DNA from: Deltaproteobacteria bacterium | GTDB taxonomy: Bacteria > Desulfobacterota > BSN033 > UBA1163 | Direction of reading: 5' to 3' | Assembly: GCA_018333535.1 (NCBI GenBank) | Contig: JAGXTA010000071.1 | Span: 99,100 to 163,099, forward strand | Length of the DNA: 64,000 nt | In this document: piece after piece, positions 27,016 to 35,386 of the stretch | How the letters are laid out: every line of letters starts with the position of its first letter | How positions within the stretch are numbered: position 1 is the first letter of the stretch | The notes under the pieces: model-generated | Seen by the model: only the letters and a program-made list of their open reading frames with translations | Databases searched by the model: none | Told to the model about the DNA's origin: nothing | Made by a program: the position numbers and the translations under genes

Positions 27016-27597
27016 ATGGAAAAGACAGGATGGTTGGAAAATTTCTTGGAGCCATTGGAGAGGAGAGCTAATGAAATTTTAAAGACTCAATCGAATATTA
27101 AAGAGGACTCCAATTTTAAAAAACTGAATAAGGGGAAAGGTGTCTCTCGGTGGCAAGCCAATCCAAAATATCAAAGTGCGAAAGATCTTTTAAAACAGAT
27201 ACAATCTTTTAAAGAACTTATTTTAAAAAATGGAACACCGAGGGACGTTATCTATAAATTAACATGGATACTCGGAATCGCCTATGATATGGGCTGGCCG
27301 GTCCCAAGCCAATATGTGATCGGGCGCTCTAAAGGCGGGAAAGCCCCAAAGAAAAAAAAGGGAATCCTTTTAGCGATTAAATGGGCAAGGGAAAAGAGCA
27401 AACAAAAGAGTGCGCGGGGTTTATGGAATTATTTTAAAAATAAAAACTTTGAAAAAGACGAGTATGAAGTCTATTTCTATCAAGATCCGACCGGCGCGGG
27501 TGAAGATCTTCTTTGCCAAAAAATCGACAGTATAGAGAAAGGGTCTATCAAATTCGAGGCATTTAAAAAATACGTTTACAATAAAAATAATGGGTAA
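27016..27597 (+). CDS. hypothetical protein (integrative-element cargo)
   Basis: 193 aa, Lys-rich, no recognisable domain; followed by an intrinsic terminator. Confidence 0.45.
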   Translation: MEKTGWLENFLEPLERRANEILKTQSNIKEDSNFKKLNKGKGVSRWQANPKYQSAKDLLKQIQSFKELILKNGTPRDVIYKLTWILGIAYDMGWPVPSQYVIGRSKGGKAPKKKKGILLAIKWAREKSKQKSARGLWNYFKNKNFEKDEYEVYFYQDPTGAGEDLLCQKIDSIEKGSIKFEAFKKYVYNKNNG

Positions 27598-27635
27598 GTA
27601 AGCCGCTTTCTTACCTTTCCCGAATGTTATATTGA

Positions 27636-27670
27636 CCTCCAGAGAATCAAATTTTCCTGGAGGTTTTTTT
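27636..27670 (+). terminator. intrinsic terminator
   Basis: Hairpin cctccag-N14-ctggagg followed by TTTTTTT. Confidence 0.6.
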
Positions 27671-27901
27671 ATGAGGAAAACAGCAGTTGATCTTTCGGGC
27701 CTAAAGTCCAAATGGGGCTCTACCGTCGTCGCGCGGGAGGAAATTCGTAATTTTTCCGGGGGAGCGATTTCCGAGAAGTATGTTGCTAATCTGGATTCTC
27801 AGGGCCGGGGGCCTTCTGGGCGATTTCGATGCGGCCGCAAGATTTTATACCCGGTCGATGATTTGATCCGATGGCTCGAGGCTCGTTCGGAGGTTGCTTA
27901 G
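27671..27901 (+). CDS. Xis/AlpA-like helix-turn-helix DNA-binding protein (putative excisionase/regulator)
   Basis: ORF track 27632..27901 includes the terminator; the likely start is MRKTAVDL at 27671. C-terminal ...KILYPVDDLIRWLEAR resembles excisionase/AlpA HTH proteins. Confidence 0.5.
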   Translation: MRKTAVDLSGLKSKWGSTVVAREEIRNFSGGAISEKYVANLDSQGRGPSGRFRCGRKILYPVDDLIRWLEARSEVA

Positions 27902-28022
27902 ATGAGTCTCACGAATGACGATACGATAAAAGACTTCCAAATCGTGGACTTTCCCGAAGAACTAAAGGCGCAGGTTAGCGCTGTGATCCTTACAGCATTC
28001 TTCCGGGAGAAGGAGAACGGGC

Positions 28023-30245
28023 GTGGACAACAATCAGAATAATTTCCCCCCCCATCTCCAACGATTTCTTTCCAAATTACAGAAAGTCAAATACATCGGC
28101 AGTGGCCGCCACATGGCAATTTGTCCTGCTCACGATGATGGACAAGCTTCCCTGAGCATCTCACAGGGGGATGACGGTCGAGTGCTGCTAAAATGTTTTG
28201 CCGGGTGCGCGGCGCAAGACGTGATGGAGGCCCTCGGTTTGGAGATGAAGGACCTTTTTCCACCCAAGGAGGAGGGGGTATCCTCTCCCTCTCCCCCGAA
28301 AAGGCGTGCAACCGTGCAACCGTCCTGTCAAGTATCTGAAAATACTAAGAATGAACTGGTTGCAGTACCGGAAGGGTTGCATACAACCGGTTCGCAGGGC
28401 TGCACTCTACAGCAGTACGCCACCCTGAAGGGATTGCCCATTTCTTTTCTTCGGGAGCTTGGACTTTCTGATGTCAAATATATCGGGAAGGCCGCGGTAC
28501 GAACACCTTACTTTAATGCTAAACAGGAGGAGATTTCGGTTCAGTACAGAATCGCACCGGATGGGAATAATAAATTTCGCTGGAGAAAGGGATCGAAGCC
28601 CTGCCTGTATGGGACAAATCGTGATTACAAGTCGAACGGAAAGGTGATCATAGCTGAAGGGCCATCCGATGCACAGACACTTTGGAACGCCGGTTTCTCT
28701 GCCCTGGGGTTGCCCTCTGCGGACGGTTGGAAAGAGGAAAGGGATGCTACTTTGTTGGATGGAATCACTTCTATATTTGTTGTGATCGAACCGGATCAGG
28801 GTGGAGTTGCCGTCCAAAAGTGGTTGGCCACCTCTCGTATCCGTCACCGCGTCCGACTGCTGAGTTTTGATGGATACAAAGACCCTTCTGCACTTTATCT
28901 CCATGACCGCGAGAACTTTAAAACCAATATGCAGAAAGCTATGGCGAAAGCTATCCCATGGACAGAAGTGGAGGCCAGGCAGAATAAAGAAGAGAGGGAT
29001 AAAGCCTGGGCAATGTGTAAATCTCTGGCAGAGGATCCCGACATCCTGTCTTTATTTGTCGAGAAAATTAAAGGGATGGGGGTTGCAGGGCAAGAGAAAG
29101 AGGTTCAGATTCTATACCTCATGTTGACCAGTAGACATCAGAAGAGGCCTGTTTCAGGCGTTGTAAAGGGTCAGTCGGCAGGCGGGAAGAGTTATATCGT
29201 TGAAAAAGTTAAGAAGTTTTTTCCCGCATCTTCCTATATTGAGTTGACGGGGATGTCTGAGCACTCCTTAGCTTACGGAGAGGAATCCCTTTCAAATCGG
29301 TTTCTCATTATATTCGAGATCATGGGAATTTCAAATGATATTGCAAACTATCTGTTGCGCTCTCTTCTTTCAGAAGGTCGGGTTTTATACGAGACTGTTG
29401 AACCAGATTCTACCGGCAAACTGAGGGTGAGACGGATTGAGCGACAAGGACCAACCGGTACTATTATCACTACCACTCAAATTCAAATCCACCCTGAAAA
29501 CGAAACAAGACTATTATCGATCAACATTTCAGATTCACAAAAACAAACAAAAGACATTATGGTTGCCCTATCCGCTGAGGAAGAGGAGCCTGATTTGAGC
29601 GCTTGGCAAGCACTGCAAACATGGATTGATTTTGAAGAACATAAGGTGGTGATCCCTTATGCCGAGAATCTGGCAAGGCTGATTCCTCCCGTTGCGGTCA
29701 GGCTTCGGCGGGACTTTACTCAGGTGCTGAATTTGATCAGGAGCCACAGCATATTGCACCAGGCGAATAGAGGGCGGGATTCCAAGGGGAGAATTATTGC
29801 CGAGGTTAGAGATTATGCCATAGTGAGGGAGCTAACTTCCGAGATCATATCTGAGGCTATCGGATCAACAGTCTCTTCCAGAATCCGTGAAGTGGTTGCT
29901 GCGGTAAACACCATCATTACAGGGACAGACTTGGAACCCGGAAAGCCCTCTGCAACCGTACAGGCCATTGCAACCTCTTTAAAAAAGGATAAATCTACGG
30001 TCTGGAGGCAAGTTATGGCAGCCAGAAAAAGAGACTATTTGGTAAATAACGAGAAAGTAAAGGGAAAACCTGCGCAGATAGTGCTCGGAGACCCTTTACC
30101 TGACGACCTGGTTATCCTTCCAAATCCCGAAATGTTGAACGGTTGCACGGTTGCAGTCGTTTCCGAGGGAGGGGGTAGGGACGACCTCGCTACCACTAAA
30201 AATGGACGTTACGAGGTGATGAACGATGGACAACTCACTTATTGA
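28023..30245 (+). CDS. DnaG-type primase (zinc finger + Toprim) fused to a C-terminal P-loop NTPase
   Basis: 740 aa; zinc-binding CPAHDDGQASLS...CFAGC; Toprim residues VIIAEGPSDA and FVVIEPDQGG; Walker A GQSAGGKSY in the C-terminal half. Confidence 0.65.
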   Translation: MDNNQNNFPPHLQRFLSKLQKVKYIGSGRHMAICPAHDDGQASLSISQGDDGRVLLKCFAGCAAQDVMEALGLEMKDLFPPKEEGVSSPSPPKRRATVQPSCQVSENTKNELVAVPEGLHTTGSQGCTLQQYATLKGLPISFLRELGLSDVKYIGKAAVRTPYFNAKQEEISVQYRIAPDGNNKFRWRKGSKPCLYGTNRDYKSNGKVIIAEGPSDAQTLWNAGFSALGLPSADGWKEERDATLLDGITSIFVVIEPDQGGVAVQKWLATSRIRHRVRLLSFDGYKDPSALYLHDRENFKTNMQKAMAKAIPWTEVEARQNKEERDKAWAMCKSLAEDPDILSLFVEKIKGMGVAGQEKEVQILYLMLTSRHQKRPVSGVVKGQSAGGKSYIVEKVKKFFPASSYIELTGMSEHSLAYGEESLSNRFLIIFEIMGISNDIANYLLRSLLSEGRVLYETVEPDSTGKLRVRRIERQGPTGTIITTTQIQIHPENETRLLSINISDSQKQTKDIMVALSAEEEEPDLSAWQALQTWIDFEEHKVVIPYAENLARLIPPVAVRLRRDFTQVLNLIRSHSILHQANRGRDSKGRIIAEVRDYAIVRELTSEIISEAIGSTVSSRIREVVAAVNTIITGTDLEPGKPSATVQAIATSLKKDKSTVWRQVMAARKRDYLVNNEKVKGKPAQIVLGDPLPDDLVILPNPEMLNGCTVAVVSEGGGRDDLATTKNGRYEVMNDGQLTY

Positions 30246-30489
30246 TGGATGTCTCGAAGAGATCGGCAAAGGATACAGGCCGGGCCTGCTGCCGTGGCTG
30301 AAACAGCAGCCAGCCCGATGGCGACGGCTGCTGAACCTGGAGGACGCAATCAATAAGGCGGCGCTTGGGGGCGGTCAGGTAGGGTTGACGGCGGCACTGT
30401 CCGAGTACAAGGACTTCTTCCGGGAGATGGTGACGGCGTACGAAATGAGTAACACATTTCCATTATTCGAAGGCAGGGCAAATGAGTAA
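30226..30489 (+). CDS. hypothetical small protein
   Basis: 87 aa ORF overlapping the neighbours by a few codons. Weak support. Confidence 0.3.
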   Translation: MDNSLIDGCLEEIGKGYRPGLLPWLKQQPARWRRLLNLEDAINKAALGGGQVGLTAALSEYKDFFREMVTAYEMSNTFPLFEGRANE

Positions 30490-31303
30490 ACACCGAAAGA
30501 CAATAACCATCCAGGAAACAGCATATTCAATCCTGGCTGCTCATAATCCAATGACTGTCCGGCAGGTCTATTATCAGCTGGTTTCCAGACAAGTCATAGA
30601 AAATAACCGCGGCCAGTATCAGGCCGTCTCAAATGCTTTGGTTCAGGCGAGACAAGAGGGATTCATCCCATGGGAATGGATCGAGGACAGAACGAGACGA
30701 CCAAGGTCGGTCAGTATGTGGGACAACTTATCTGATTTTGGCTATACAGTTCTTTCTTCATATCGCCGCGACGTGTGGGATTCTCAACCTCATTATATTG
30801 AGGTATGGCTGGAGAAGGATGCGCTCTCAGGGATATTCGAGGGTGTACTGGAACCCTACGGAGTGACCTTGAATGTAGGCAGAGGATATGACGGCTGGGA
30901 CTCCATCCATAATGCAGCTGAGCGTTTCAATGATGGGGACGGAATGACTATCCTTTACTTTGGCGATTTCGATCCGTCCGGAGAGGACATGGCACGGTCC
31001 CTAAAAGAGAGATTAGCCTTTTTTAAGTCAAGTCCGGAAATCCTGAAAGTGGCGTTAACCTACGGGGACATAACCCGTTACAACCTGCCTCCCGACTTCA
31101 CCAAAGTAGGGGATACCAGACAAAAAAATTTCGTTGCCAAGTATGGAAATGTGGCTGTTGAGCTTGACGCTTTACCTATCGATATTCTCCGAGATCGGAT
31201 AGTTAGGGAAGTGGAGGCACGGATGGACCTGAATGCACTGGCAGGGGTGAAGCTGATTGAAGATGTAGAGAGAGAGGAACTGGCAAGGGCATTGGGGCGG
31301 TGA
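30482..31303 (+). CDS. Spo11/TopoVI-A-like protein (5Y-CAP tyrosine motif + Toprim)
   Basis: 273 aa; TVRQVYYQLV (RxxYY catalytic-tyrosine motif), IEVWLEKDALSGIF (Toprim Glu motif), ILYFGDFDPSGEDM (DxDPxG Toprim motif). Motif order and spacing match type IIB topoisomerase A / JetD-like folds. Confidence 0.55.
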   Translation: MSKHRKTITIQETAYSILAAHNPMTVRQVYYQLVSRQVIENNRGQYQAVSNALVQARQEGFIPWEWIEDRTRRPRSVSMWDNLSDFGYTVLSSYRRDVWDSQPHYIEVWLEKDALSGIFEGVLEPYGVTLNVGRGYDGWDSIHNAAERFNDGDGMTILYFGDFDPSGEDMARSLKERLAFFKSSPEILKVALTYGDITRYNLPPDFTKVGDTRQKNFVAKYGNVAVELDALPIDILRDRIVREVEARMDLNALAGVKLIEDVEREELARALGR

Positions 31304-31416
31304 TAACAGTGCGGGTCCTTCCTGGAGGTTTGGCGGTGAGACTGCGCTGCCCGCGATATTCGAGAGGGAGTGAAAATTTTTTTGACTTGACGTTTTACTT
31401 TAGCTATCAATAATGA

Positions 31417-31746
31417 GTATCCGAGGAGGGTTACCTGAAACTCGTCACTCAGGCTAAATTTGCAAAATTAAAAGGTGTCTCCAGACAGCGGGTCGGCCAG
31501 TGGGTCCGGGATGAGATCATCGAGCTGAGGGGTGGCAAGATTGATCCTATACAGGCGGATAGCGATCTTAACAACCGTCTCGATCATTCAAAGCGGCTTG
31601 ATTGGGAGTTTACCAATTTAAAGCCACCAGTTCCATTCAAGAAGATCTCTACTTTTGAGATACCAGACCTGGAATTGGATTTTAGCGCTTATTTTAAAAA
31701 AAGAGCTCTCAAAAATAAGAGAACGAAGAAAGATCGGGGGCGGTGA
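31417..31746 (+). pseudogene. HTH DNA-binding protein gene lacking a canonical start (possible frameshift relative to ATG at 31413)
   Basis: Frame encodes ...LKLVTQAKFAKLKGVSRQRVGQWVRDEIIEL... (HTH) but has no in-frame ATG/GTG/TTG. An ATG at 31413 opens a different frame (MSIRGGLPETRHSG*). Confidence 0.35.
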
Positions 31747-31846
31747 TCCTTCGGTCACACCGGTTGGTGACTATAAATCTCTTCTTGCCCGGTTGAAGCG
31801 CGGTGGCGGTGGAAACTGGCTTTAAAAAAATCAGAGGAGGATCGAA

Positions 31847-32407
31847 ATGGAAATGACGATCAAAACATTTGCTGAGCGTGAAGGAATGAATGTGGTGACG
31901 GTGGAAGAGGCCATCCAGCTGGGGATCCTTCCCATTACAGTGGACGGTTTGATTCCAGTGGATCAAGTCCAAGGGCATTTAGAATGCCTTGAACGGAATG
32001 AAAAAGAGGCCCGGGTTGCACCGATTCGGGAGGAAGTTGAGAGCCGGATATCGGGACGCCGGTCCTATTCAACCTCATTGAAGCCGAACCCGGGAGATAG
32101 TGTGGGGGAGAAAATTTCTTCTTCACGTTTCCATTCAGTCTTTCCGGAATCCCGTCCATTGGGAGAATTTTTCAGTCCAGAAGGTAAGGCGGCTTTTGAG
32201 AAGGCGGCTGCATCCGGCCAAATCCGGATCCTCCAAAAAACGGGTAGCATGAGCGTGGCCTCTTCGTCTTCTCCCCTGGAGGAGAGGGCAAAGCAGACTT
32301 GGAATAGGGATGCCGATATTCGGGAGGAATTCAAAAACAATTTTGCTTCTTATCTCGCTTTTCTCAAACAGAGCGAGGCAGGAAATGTTCGGATCTTTCG
32401 GAAATAA
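31847..32407 (+). CDS. hypothetical protein (integrative-element cargo)
   Basis: 186 aa ORF, no recognisable domain. Confidence 0.4.
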   Translation: MEMTIKTFAEREGMNVVTVEEAIQLGILPITVDGLIPVDQVQGHLECLERNEKEARVAPIREEVESRISGRRSYSTSLKPNPGDSVGEKISSSRFHSVFPESRPLGEFFSPEGKAAFEKAAASGQIRILQKTGSMSVASSSSPLEERAKQTWNRDADIREEFKNNFASYLAFLKQSEAGNVRIFRK

Positions 32408-32469
32408 ATTTTGTTCTTAGACGTATGGCAAAGATTTTTCAGTCTCGAAGCGAAAGGAGGTAAGAAAAA

Positions 32470-32697
32470 ATGGCTAACTACGAGCAAAACGTTTGGTATC
32501 AAGGAGGCGACGACGCATTGGCATTGAACGAAGCGCTCCGGACTGCCTGGTCAGAAAGACCTGCCCTGAGATCTGCCTTTGCTTCTTTGGATCAGTTTTT
32601 GGCGGTGAATCGTGTCGCCTTTGCGGCTGAGGCGGAATCTACAGGTAAAAGGTTTAGGGAAATTATTGGATACTTTCCGGTTGTTGAAAATCCGTAG
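32470..32697 (+). CDS. hypothetical small protein
   Basis: 75 aa ORF. Confidence 0.3.
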   Translation: MANYEQNVWYQGGDDALALNEALRTAWSERPALRSAFASLDQFLAVNRVAFAAEAESTGKRFREIIGYFPVVENP

Positions 32698-32762
32698 AAG
32701 AAAGGAGCGGTTATGACTAAATTGGAAGAGAAGAGGAACATTCTCTTTGAGAAAAAAAAGTT

Positions 32763-33278
32763 GTGGATGAAAAAAGACTTTCTCTCTCCAGTTTGAAAGG
32801 TCGGCAGGATAAGATGATCGCTGATTTGGCCGACAAAAAGTTTCAGCTTGAAACGGCGATGATGGAGCACCAAAGATTACAGGGCGAAGTTTCATTGGGC
32901 CAGGCTCCCGAGAAAGATCTCTTTCGGGTGGCAAAGGAGATCGAGGAGTTGAAGCTCCAGATCCAGGAGCTCGAGTTACTCAATTCGTCCTTTCCGAAAG
33001 CGAGAGATTCCCTGGAGACGGAGATCCGGAAGGCTGAAAATATTTGCCAGGGACTGACCCATGACTTTTGGTATCACATCATGGAGCTGGAAAAGGAAAA
33101 AGCAAAGGGTAATACCGCGCTCTTGAGGGCATGGGCCGCGTTTAATCTGTCAGGCGGAGGGGCTTCGTTCGGCCAGTTCCTTTCGAAGCACTTTAATTCT
33201 TACTTTGTTGAAGACGTTGAAAAAATATCGAAAGAACTTGAGGCCGAGTATTTAAAAGGAGGTGATCGGAATGGTTGA
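32763..33278 (+). CDS. hypothetical coiled-coil protein
   Basis: 171 aa, heptad-rich (LQIQELELLNSS...). An A8 tract at 32751-32758 just upstream, plus an overlapping alternative start at 32713 in another frame. Confidence 0.4.
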   Translation: MDEKRLSLSSLKGRQDKMIADLADKKFQLETAMMEHQRLQGEVSLGQAPEKDLFRVAKEIEELKLQIQELELLNSSFPKARDSLETEIRKAENICQGLTHDFWYHIMELEKEKAKGNTALLRAWAAFNLSGGGASFGQFLSKHFNSYFVEDVEKISKELEAEYLKGGDRNG

Positions 33279-33465
33279 TGTGAATTTGACAGCGATTTTT
33301 GGCGAGGTTTTTCAGGATGCCGATGCATTGAAGGCCATGGCAAAGGTTTTGAGCCGGCAACCGGAATCAATAAGAGACCGGATCATTAACGAATTGGCGT
33401 TGGCGACAAATATTACCGGAAAAGCATGGCGAGATAGAATGCGGGCATTGACCAGTAAGAGATAG
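33262..33465 (+). CDS. hypothetical small protein
   Basis: 67 aa ORF overlapping the previous gene's end. Confidence 0.3.
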   Translation: MIGMVDVNLTAIFGEVFQDADALKAMAKVLSRQPESIRDRIINELALATNITGKAWRDRMRALTSKR

Positions 33466-33560
33466 GTTCTCTGTAAATAAGACAACGCCCTCCAAGTATA
33501 ACCTTGTCCATTTTTAGACAAGGTCAGTAAGAGATAGGTTCTCTGTAAATGAGACAACGC
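33451..33560 (+). repeat. two ~36-bp direct repeats flanking a hairpin (iteron-like)
   Basis: cagtaagagataggttctctgtaaat[a/g]agacaacgccc at 33452 and 33523; the hairpin accttgtc-cattttta-gacaaggt lies between them. Confidence 0.6.
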
Positions 33561-34053
33561 CCGCGACCGAGGCGTGTATCGGCGACGATATCCATTCCTC
33601 TTTCCGAAGTAGTACCCTGGTCGGCGGTGATCCGGCCAGGGGAAGATCGGGACAACCCTTGTCATGAAAAGATGGCCTATCAGAAAAAAAAAGGAAAGCC
33701 TTCCGGACCCTCTTCCAGATCCGGGCAACTGGGGCCTTCGCTTTCTATTTTTTGAGGTTTTAAGCGAACTCCTCACCTTTTTAAAATCGAGGAATGGGAA
33801 GGGAAATATCTCTCTCCCTGGTTCTCACCGGGAGGCTAAAAGAGAAGTGATCGATAGGGGGATCACCCTTCAGGGGCTTGGAATTCGATCATGCGTCGAT
33901 GATCTTTCCGATTCATTACAGGCTAATGAGAGGTGGGCGGTCATCAATGGCAGGCCTACAAGGGTTAAGGTGAATTAAGAAAAACGGCTGTTTTTTGGAA
34001 GGTGCTTTTCGAAAGTTGCCCGGGGGTGTGCCTGGAGACGGACCCGAGAGAAT

Positions 34054-34518
34054 TCATCGAAGAGGGGATCGAAGAGTTGATTGACTTTTTAAATTATATT
34101 GAGTTTGCCATGCTCCAGGGGAAGCTCCCCTTTTGTAGGTGGGCTTTTGAGGTAAGATTGTGATACATCTATCTAAGGCGTTGATATATTGAACTTGTTC
34201 AATGGCAATAAGGGACCTTGAATCCTTTCTATTTTTATCACCTTCTTTCTGCCTTTCCTTCTCTTTCTGGTATTTGATTTCACTTATTACCGCCGTCCTT
34301 GTCGGTATATCCTCATTCTCCCTTGCCTGAGCTTTCACCTTTTCCACGATTTCGGGGTGCTTGGCGATGGCTTGGGCATGATGTAGTCGCTTATGTGATA
34401 TCCCTATTTTTTCATGTCGTGCCTTACCATCACGATGACCTTTGGGGATACCTTGATATTTTTCTGGAGGGATTTTTTCTGCCAGCTCCCCAATCCCCGC
34501 ACCAATATCCAGAAGCAT
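34054..34518 (-). CDS. hypothetical protein at the right end of the integrative element
   Basis: 154 aa; N-terminal MLLDIGAGIGELA; basic, Lys/Arg-rich middle. No confident family. Confidence 0.35.
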   Translation of the reverse strand: MLLDIGAGIGELAEKIPPEKYQGIPKGHRDGKARHEKIGISHKRLHHAQAIAKHPEIVEKVKAQARENEDIPTRTAVISEIKYQKEKERQKEGDKNRKDSRSLIAIEQVQYINALDRCITILPQKPTYKRGASPGAWQTQYNLKSQSTLRSPLR

Positions 34519-34810
34519 CTCTCAGGCTGGATCGCAAAAGGGGGAGATGGATTAATGAGAATATACCGGAGGGGGGAGCTAAGGGAATTGGAGTGCGACT
34601 AAAAACAGTCACACTCTCTAATGCAGGCATAGGCAGGAACGAAAGCCCGATACTAAGGGGATTGGCCGAGTCGCAGTCCATACGGGCGGAGGAGGTGAAC
34701 CAAATGGGAGTCTATAAGACCGTTCATGGCGGGGGACAGATGGGGGATAAACCGTGTTGGGCCAGGAAAATAAAAAAGGCTTGAAACCCTCCAAGCCTTG
34801 ATAGTCTAAG

Positions 34811-34884
34811 CGCCCCTGGCCCGACTCGAACGGGCGGCACACGGATTAGGAATCCGTTGCTCTATCCACCTGAGCTACAGGGGC
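34811..34884 (-). tRNA. tRNA-Arg (anticodon CCT)
   Basis: rc reads GCCCCTGTAGCTCAGGTGGATAGAGCAACGGATTCCTAATCCGTGTGCCGCCCGTTCGAGTCGGGCCAGGGGCG. Cloverleaf with anticodon loop TTCCTAA and T-loop TTCGAGT; no encoded CCA. Confidence 0.85.
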
Positions 34885-35149
34885 ATCTCAATCCAACAAT
34901 ATGATTTTCACGCAATTTCGTCAAGACTATTTAAAATAAATTTTACTTCAAGGCAATCCTTTATGGAGGCTACGTCAACGTTTTCCTGTCGCGACGGCGG
35001 GCCAGCACGGCGGGCCTTGCGAAACGGGCGTCTTCACCCTAACCCTTGCCGAAGAATTATTTAGAACGAATTTTTGGATGGAAGTCTGAAGGGGTGAGAG
35101 CCGAAATATTTCCTGGAGGGGGAGGCTGCTCTTCTAAATCGTTAACCTT

Positions 35150-35374
35150 CTATTTGGACTCAACTATTTGACCTGTCATCTTGTCAATGGTCACTTCAAC
35201 AAAATCCATTCTTTCCATATTCCAATCATTCCCTAAAAACTTTTTCACCCAATTCATGATCGATTCAGGGGTGATTCGTTGAGGGTCTTTTCTTCTTTCG
35301 GGGAGAATCCCAATTAAATGACGTTGGTCCTCTTGGTTGTGATGGTAGAATTCATAAGCCAATATATGTTCCAT
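35150..35374 (-). CDS. small conserved protein, paralog of 49433..49618
   Basis: 74 aa; shares YEFY...HL[IV]GILPERRK[DE]PxRIT.ESI.NWVKK with the 61-aa ORF at 49433. Located 12 nt downstream of the degenerate-kinase gene. Confidence 0.5.
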   Translation of the reverse strand: MEHILAYEFYHHNQEDQRHLIGILPERRKDPQRITPESIMNWVKKFLGNDWNMERMDFVEVTIDKMTGQIVESK

Positions 35375-35386
35375 ATTTCTTATCCC

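Larger units (their letters stand above)
25404..34858. mobile_element. ~9.5 kb integrative element inserted at the 3' end of tRNA-Arg(CCT); satellite/PICI-like gene content
   Basis: Bounded by a 49-bp att duplication. Carries a tyrosine integrase with arm-type repeats, an Xis/AlpA-like HTH, a primase/NTPase and a TopoVI-A-like protein. No structural phage genes. Confidence 0.8.

Noticed and set aside
28087-28904. Minus-strand ORFs (74, 64, 165 aa) within the primase gene
   Set aside because: Antisense artefacts. The + strand has a continuous 740-aa frame with zinc-finger, Toprim and P-loop motifs.
34299-34842. ORFs 34299..34784 (+), 34430..34681 (-) and 34618..34842 (-) next to the tRNA
   Set aside because: They overlap each other and the tRNA/att region, have biased low-complexity translations and no RBS. 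Likely non-coding att-proximal sequence.
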